In this document: positions 38,359 through 43,780 of the stretch, in pieces
Numbering within the stretch: position 1 is the stretch's first letter
Layout of the letters: each line of letters begins with the position of its first letter
DNA from: Alphaproteobacteria bacterium
GTDB lineage: Bacteria > Pseudomonadota > Alphaproteobacteria > UBA6615
Assembly (NCBI GenBank): GCA_965261975.1
Contig: CBDHEC010000031.1
Location: 1-43,780 of the forward strand
Reading direction: 5' to 3'
Length of the DNA stretch: 43,780 nucleotides
Notes under the pieces: model-generated
Database searches by the model: none
Told to the model about the DNA's origin: nothing
What the model saw: only the letters and a program-made list of their open reading frames with translations
Position numbers and translations under genes: made by a program

Positions 38359-40704
38359 ATGCGCGAGTTCGGCATCGGACAATCGGTGCCGCGGGTGGAA
38401 GACCGGCGCCTGCTTACGGGCAAGGGCAACTACACCGAGGACCGCAAGGTGCCGGGCGCGGCCTATATGGCCATCGCGCGCTCGCCCCATGCGGCGGCGG
38501 TCATCAGGTCCATCGACACGTCGGCCGCCGCGGTGATGCCCGGTGTCATCGAGATACTGACGGCAGACGATCTCAGGGCCGACGGCATCGGCGGACTGGC
38601 CTGCGGGGTAAAGCGCCATCAGCGTGACGGAACCCCCATGGTCGAACCGCCCTATCCGTTGCTGGCCGATGGCGAAGTGCACCTCGTCGGCATGGCCGTT
38701 GCCGCCGTGATCGCCGAGACCTATGCCCAGGCGGTCGACGCCACCGAGGCGATCGAGGTCGACTACGAGGCGCGCGACCCGGTCATCGAGACCGGCAAGG
38801 CACGAGACACCGGCGCCCCCGAGGTCTGGGACAGTGTGCCCGGCAACGAAAGTTTCGTTTTTTCGCTGGGTGACAAGGACGCCACCGACGCGGCCTTCGC
38901 GGCGGCGGACCATGTGGTCTCGCTCGACTACGAGATCAGCCGCGTATCGACCAACCCCATGGAAATGCGCGCCGCGATCGGCTTCTATGATCCGCTGGAA
39001 GAGCGCTACACCCTCTATGCCGGCGTCCAGTCGCCCCATCGCATGCGCAGCGCCCTGGCCCAAAACGTCTTCGGAATACCGGAGGGCAAGCTGCGGGTCA
39101 TCTCCCCCGACATGGGCGGCGGCTTCGGCATGCGCGGCAGTCCCTTCGTCGAGCACGCGCTGGTCCTGTGGGCGGCAAAACGCACCGGCCGCCCGGTGCG
39201 ATTTACGGCGACCCGCAGCGAGGGACTGGCGAGCGACTATCACGCCCGCGACAACGTCTCCCATGCCGAGCTTGCGCTCGACGCCGATGGAAATTTCCTT
39301 GGCCTGCGGGTCTCGACCGACGCCGCACTGGGCGGCTATTTGAGCAATTCCGGACCCCACTCGCCGACCAACAACCTGGGCGGCCTGTCGGGCGTCTACA
39401 CGACCCCCCATGTGCATGTCGAAGCGCGCGGGGTCTTTACCCACACCAGTCCCACCGCGACATATCGCGGGGCCGGGCGTCCCGAAGCCTCCTATGGCCT
39501 GGAGCGCCTGATCGACGCCGCGGCCCATGATCTGGGCATCGACCCGGTCGAGCTGCGCCGTCGCAACCTCATACCCAACGAGGCCCTGCCCTACGACACC
39601 GGTTTCGTGTTCACCTATGACAGCGGCGACTTCACCGGCTGCCTCGACAATGTCGTGAAAGCGGCCGACCGGGACGGTTTCGAGGCGCGCCGGGCCGAGG
39701 CGGCCGCGCGCGGCAGGCTGCGCGGCATGGGCATCGCCACGGTGATCGAGATCGCCGGCGGCCCCCTGCCGCTGCCCAACGAGGAAAGTGCGACCGTGCG
39801 GTTCGACACCGACGGCGGCGTGTCGGTGCTCATGGGGACCCATTCCCACGGCCAGGGACATGAAACGGCCTTCGCCCAGATCGCGTCCGAAGCCCTCGGT
39901 GTGCCGTTCGATACGATCCGCGTCCAGTATGGCGACACGGACCTGGTGCATCACGGCAAGGGCACGTTCGGTTCTCGGTCCATCAGCGTCGGTGGCGCGG
40001 CGCTGCTGCGCGCGTCGGAGAAGGTCATTGAGCGCGCGACCCTGATCGCCGCGCACCTGCTGGAAGCCGCGGCCGCCGATATCCAGTTCGACGACGGCAT
40101 CTTCACCGTGACCGGCACCGACCGCACGATCACCCTGCCCGACGTGGCCAAGGCCTCTTATCTGCCGGCGAAAATGCCGCGCGAGATGGACATGGGGCTC
40201 GCCGAGGGCGCGATCATCGTGCCCCCCGGCCCGACCTATCCCAACGGCGCGCACGCCTGCGAGGTCGAGATCGACCCCGATACCGGCGTGGTCGAGATCA
40301 TCGCCTATACGGTTTTTGACGACGTGGGCGTCGCCCTGAACCCGATGATGGTCAAAGGCCAGGTCCATGGCGGCGTGGTCCAGGGTGCGGGCCAGGCACT
40401 GCTCGAGCGCATTGTCTACGACCCCGACAGCGGCCAGCTCCTGACCGGCTCTTTCATGGATTACGCCATGCCGCGCGCCGACGATTTCCCGAGCTTCGAC
40501 GTGCATGAACACAATGTTCCGTCAAAGAACAACCCCATGGGCCTCAAGGGGGCGGGGGAGGCCGGCACCGTCGGCGCACTGCCGTCGGTGATGAATGCGG
40601 TCTGCGACGCGCTCCGGCCGCTCGGCATCCGCCATATCGACATGCCCGCTTCGCCAGAGCGCGTGTGGCAGGCTATACAAAACGCGAAACAAGCTGCCGA
40701 GTAA
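38359..40704 (+). CDS. Xanthine dehydrogenase-family molybdopterin-binding large subunit (form II CoxL-like)
   Basis: GQSVPRVED.RLLTG, RSPHA, PMEMR, DMGGGFG, YRGAGRPE, HGQGHET, GQVHGG..QG.G, DYAMPRA and KGAGEAG. Confidence 0.93.
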   Translation: MREFGIGQSVPRVEDRRLLTGKGNYTEDRKVPGAAYMAIARSPHAAAVIRSIDTSAAAVMPGVIEILTADDLRADGIGGLACGVKRHQRDGTPMVEPPYPLLADGEVHLVGMAVAAVIAETYAQAVDATEAIEVDYEARDPVIETGKARDTGAPEVWDSVPGNESFVFSLGDKDATDAAFAAADHVVSLDYEISRVSTNPMEMRAAIGFYDPLEERYTLYAGVQSPHRMRSALAQNVFGIPEGKLRVISPDMGGGFGMRGSPFVEHALVLWAAKRTGRPVRFTATRSEGLASDYHARDNVSHAELALDADGNFLGLRVSTDAALGGYLSNSGPHSPTNNLGGLSGVYTTPHVHVEARGVFTHTSPTATYRGAGRPEASYGLERLIDAAAHDLGIDPVELRRRNLIPNEALPYDTGFVFTYDSGDFTGCLDNVVKAADRDGFEARRAEAAARGRLRGMGIATVIEIAGGPLPLPNEESATVRFDTDGGVSVLMGTHSHGQGHETAFAQIASEALGVPFDTIRVQYGDTDLVHHGKGTFGSRSISVGGAALLRASEKVIERATLIAAHLLEAAAADIQFDDGIFTVTGTDRTITLPDVAKASYLPAKMPREMDMGLAEGAIIVPPGPTYPNGAHACEVEIDPDTGVVEIIAYTVFDDVGVALNPMMVKGQVHGGVVQGAGQALLERIVYDPDSGQLLTGSFMDYAMPRADDFPSFDVHEHNVPSKNNPMGLKGAGEAGTVGALPSVMNAVCDALRPLGIRHIDMPASPERVWQAIQNAKQAAE

Positions 40705-40750
40705 TCGGCACAAAAAATCAGCACGAAATCCAATCCAAGGAGAGAACACG

Positions 40751-41962
40751 ATGGCTGGTCCCGAAATCAAGAATATGACGCTGCTGTCCCAGGACACGCT
40801 CGTCGGGCATGGCGGCATGGGCGAAGGCATGTCCATGCAGGTCGCGCCGGACGGCCGCCGCATCATGTGGCTGGCGCATGAATCCGGGCCGAAGAACTTC
40901 ACCGGCGTCGACGTCTCGGATCCGCGCAACCCCAAGGTCGTCGTGCAGACCGAGCTGCCGATCGTCAACATGCGCTCGAACTCCCTCGAAGTGACCGGCG
41001 ACATCATGGCCGTCGCCTACCAGACGCCGGGCGTGAACGAGCAGAAGGTCGGCGTCGAGATGTTTGACCTGTCGACCCCGGAAGACCCCAAGTCGATCTC
41101 CTTCTTCGATTGCACGGGCCCCCACTCTCGCGGCGTCCATCAGCTCTGGTTCGCCGATGGCGAGTATGTTCATTTCGCCGGCGGCTCGGACGATTTCGTA
41201 CCGACCAACCCGAAGGACGACCAGTTCTACCGCTGCATCGATGTACGCGACCTGACCAAGCCGACCGAGATCGGCCGCTGGTGGTACCCCGGCACCCGCG
41301 AGGGTGACAATGTCGCGCCGCCCGAGCGCCTCCCCAACTTCGATTCCGGCTTCCGCGCCCACAACACCAACGTCTACCCCCAGCGGCCCGACCGCATGTA
41401 TCTGGGTTATCTCGATGGCGGCACCTTCGTCATGGATATCTCCGACAAGTCGAACCCCCAGGTGATCGGCGCGTGGAACCCCCATCCGCCCTATAACGGC
41501 TTCGCGCACACGGTCTTGCCCCTGTTCAGCAAGGACATCCTGATCGTCACCGACGAGAGTGTCCGTGACGACGCCATGGACTGGCCGAAGCTGGCCTGGA
41601 TCATCGATGCGCGCGTGGAGGACAATCTGGTGCCGATCGGCACCCTGCCCATGCCGCCGCTGGACGACTTCCGCAACCGCGGCGGTCGCTTCGGTGCCCA
41701 TAACCTGCACGAGAACCGACCGGGCCCGTCCTTCCAGTCGGACGATCTGATCTTCGGCACCTTCTTTAACGGCGGCCTGCGGGTGTTCGATCTCAAGGAC
41801 CCTCTGCAGCCCAGGGAAGTGGCCTACTTCGTACCGCCCAAGCCGGACAACTCACCGGTCGCGACGGCACAGATCAACGACGTTTATGTGGATGAAAACC
41901 GCATCGTCTACTGCGTCGACCGCCATGCCGGCGGCCTCTACTGCCTGTCGCTCGATATCTAG
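40751..41962 (+). CDS. LVIVD-repeat beta-propeller protein, His-rich
   Basis: Repeated (V/M/F)D(V/L/I)(S/K)DP..P blades. ATG 40751 follows an AGGAGAG RBS. Confidence 0.82.
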   Translation: MAGPEIKNMTLLSQDTLVGHGGMGEGMSMQVAPDGRRIMWLAHESGPKNFTGVDVSDPRNPKVVVQTELPIVNMRSNSLEVTGDIMAVAYQTPGVNEQKVGVEMFDLSTPEDPKSISFFDCTGPHSRGVHQLWFADGEYVHFAGGSDDFVPTNPKDDQFYRCIDVRDLTKPTEIGRWWYPGTREGDNVAPPERLPNFDSGFRAHNTNVYPQRPDRMYLGYLDGGTFVMDISDKSNPQVIGAWNPHPPYNGFAHTVLPLFSKDILIVTDESVRDDAMDWPKLAWIIDARVEDNLVPIGTLPMPPLDDFRNRGGRFGAHNLHENRPGPSFQSDDLIFGTFFNGGLRVFDLKDPLQPREVAYFVPPKPDNSPVATAQINDVYVDENRIVYCVDRHAGGLYCLSLDI

Positions 41963-41966
41963 GGCG

Positions 41967-42488
41967 CTAGCTGCGCAGCCCGGCCAGCGGCCGCCGCACG
42001 AAAGGATGGTGCGGGGCCGCGAGGCCGGTCAGGTAGTCCAGCAGGCGCGGATCGATTTCCGCGTCCGGCTGGACGACCAGCGGCCCGTCGGCCAACCAGA
42101 ATAAAATTCCCGCATCGACAACCTCGCCGTCCTGCTCGAAATGCGCCCGGATCAACGGCCGATAGGCGCCGTAGCACCAGGCGCGATGGCCGTTCGCGAC
42201 CGCCTCCATGCCGCCGGGAATTGTCAATTCATCCCGCAACGCATCGGCCCGGGCGATGATCGCCTCGAAGTAACCCGTCAGCCAGCGCCGCGCGGCGATA
42301 TCGAACACATCGATGAGGCTGATGTGCAATTCCTGCAGGAATGCCAGACAGTCATCCGGCGCAGACACGGATCCCGCTGCGGGCGGCTTGAACAGCGGAT
42401 AATTCCCGTCCGCAAAACGCAGGGCGCGGCCCGGCGAAACGTCGATGTGGTGCCGTCCGGCATGGGTGATGGTGAGGTGTTGGTTCAT
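41967..42488 (-). CDS. Hypothetical protein
   Basis: 173-aa ORF with protein-like composition, filling the gap between convergent and divergent neighbours. No family recognised. Confidence 0.55.
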   Translation of the reverse strand: MNQHLTITHAGRHHIDVSPGRALRFADGNYPLFKPPAAGSVSAPDDCLAFLQELHISLIDVFDIAARRWLTGYFEAIIARADALRDELTIPGGMEAVANGHRAWCYGAYRPLIRAHFEQDGEVVDAGILFWLADGPLVVQPDAEIDPRLLDYLTGLAAPHHPFVRRPLAGLRS

Positions 42489-42588
42489 CGCAGACAGAAC
42501 AAAGCGCTTTTTTCGCGCCCACACAAACCCCAATATGCATCCTGACGGTGCGCCTCAATATCAGGGGCCAAAATGGGGGGATGAGACT

Positions 42589-43515
42589 ATGCGAACACTG
42601 ACAATCAACGTGTTTCCAGGCGCCATCAACGTGCCGCTCTGGGCGGGCAGCAAGGCGGGCTTCTTCGCAAAGCGCGGTCTCGAGCTGGAGATCATCCTCA
42701 CACCCAATTCCATCGAGCAGCTGACCGGCATCGCGGCGGGCAAGTTCGACCTCATGCTGACTTCGATCGACAACATCATCGCCTACAAGGAAGGCCAGGG
42801 CGAAGTGCCGGCAGAGGGCGACACCGACCTGTTCGCCTTCATGGGATCCGACGACGCGTTCCTGCGTTTCGTGGTCCAGGAAGACATCAAGTCCTTCGCG
42901 GATCTGCCCGGCAAGATTCTCACCGCCGACGCGCTCACCACCGGCTTCGCCTTCGTGCTGCGCCGCATGCTGGCGCTCAACGGCGTCGATGAGAACGACA
43001 TCGAGTGGATGTCCACCGGCGGCGTCCTGCAGCGCTGGCAGGCGATGATGGAGCACCCGGAGCAAAAAGGAACGCTGCAGGTCACGCCGTTCGAGATCAT
43101 GGGCGCGTCCAAGGGTCATCACGTGCTCGCCCGCGCCGCGGACGTGCTGGATTCCTATCAGGGAATCGTCGGCGGGGCCCGGGTCGCCTGGGCGCGCGAA
43201 AATGCCGAGGATTTGTCGGGCTTCATCGCCGGCTGGCTCGAATCCGTGAACTGGCTTTACGACCCGGCCAACCGTCAGGCGGCCCTGGATGCCATCGCGG
43301 AGAACATGCCGCAGATGCCCGAGGCCGTCGCCGCCGGCGCGCTCGACGTGTTCTTCGATGCGGAGACCGGCATGCGCCGGGACGGCGCGTTCGACATGCC
43401 CGGCATCGCCACCGTCCTCGACCTGCGGCGCGAGTTCGGCCCCGCCCCCGACGACCTGCACGGGCCAGAGCACTACATCGACACAACCTATCTTGAGGCG
43501 GCGGCGGGTCGCTAG
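42589..43515 (+). CDS. NMT1/THI5/SsuA-like ABC substrate-binding fold protein
   Basis: GFFAKRGLELE, GKFD, IKSFADLPGK, DALTTGFAFVL and WARENA. GGGGGG RBS-like run. No signal peptide. Confidence 0.82.
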   Translation: MRTLTINVFPGAINVPLWAGSKAGFFAKRGLELEIILTPNSIEQLTGIAAGKFDLMLTSIDNIIAYKEGQGEVPAEGDTDLFAFMGSDDAFLRFVVQEDIKSFADLPGKILTADALTTGFAFVLRRMLALNGVDENDIEWMSTGGVLQRWQAMMEHPEQKGTLQVTPFEIMGASKGHHVLARAADVLDSYQGIVGGARVAWARENAEDLSGFIAGWLESVNWLYDPANRQAALDAIAENMPQMPEAVAAGALDVFFDAETGMRRDGAFDMPGIATVLDLRREFGPAPDDLHGPEHYIDTTYLEAAAGR

Positions 43516-43528
43516 TGTTGTTTACCCG

Positions 43529-43780
43529 TCAGTCGAAATGGATTCCTTGCGCCCGGATAGTGTGCTCGCGATGCCGGCGATGATAGGGATGAACACCGAG
43601 AACAGTTCGACGAAAAGTGTGCGCAAACCTTGCCCGCCTCCCCGGTGCCAAATATCCCCCGACATCCAGGGCGATCAAAAGTGCCGGAACATATATGGCC
43701 GCAAGATAGAGCGACTGCATCGCACCCAGGTAGAGCGTGATGCCGGCGGCAATTCGTCGGAGGCCCTCGCGTCCCTCATG
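43529..43780 (-). CDS. 3' end of a probable membrane protein, truncated by the window edge
   Basis: Frame is open from 43780 (HEGREGLRRIAAGITLYLGAMQSLYLAAIYVPALLI...) to the stop at 43529. Confidence 0.4.
   Translation of the reverse strand, partial: HEGREGLRRIAAGITLYLGAMQSLYLAAIYVPALLIALDVGGYLAPGRRARFAHTFRRTVLGVHPYHRRHREHTIRAQGIHFD

Noticed and set aside
38359-40704. Aerobic CO dehydrogenase
   Set aside because: The active-site loop is TYRGAGR, not the form I AYxCSFR, and no coxMS or accessory genes are adjacent.
1-43780. CRISPR arrays, IS elements, integrases, tRNA/rRNA
   Set aside because: No spaced direct repeats, transposase or integrase motifs, or structural RNA signatures were seen.

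Overview
High-GC alphaproteobacterial (Rhodospirillales-like; inferred) chromosomal segment with four blocks. (1) 1-14915, minus strand: a tightly coupled surface-glycan operon. It starts with legionaminic-acid-type genes (legC/DegT, neuD, neuB, neuC); three of these carry frameshifts. An unusual five-gene module follows (CPA2 antiporter, CysC-like kinase, ATP sulfurylase, a pyruvate kinase with altered active-site motifs, a sulfatase-fold enzyme with Thr at the nucleophile position). Then come a KpsS-like transferase, a PhyH dioxygenase, an FkbM methyltransferase, an AAC(3)-family acyltransferase and a HisF/HisH paralogue pair that runs off the window. (2) 15364-23875: LPS/O-antigen genes (asnB-type amidotransferase, ligase-like protein, DUF218, GT4, WbpL-like, WbpM/CapD-like). 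(3) purH, MFS and DMT transporters, large NAD-glutamate dehydrogenase. (4) 33428-43515: putative catabolic genes (FAH hydrolase, cupin, TctCBA, lone molybdoenzyme large subunit, LVIVD propeller, NMT1-like binding protein). No RNA genes, CRISPR arrays or mobile elements were recognised. The best candidate for an undescribed system is the antiporter-cysC-sat-pyk-sulfatase module within the nonulosonic-acid locus.
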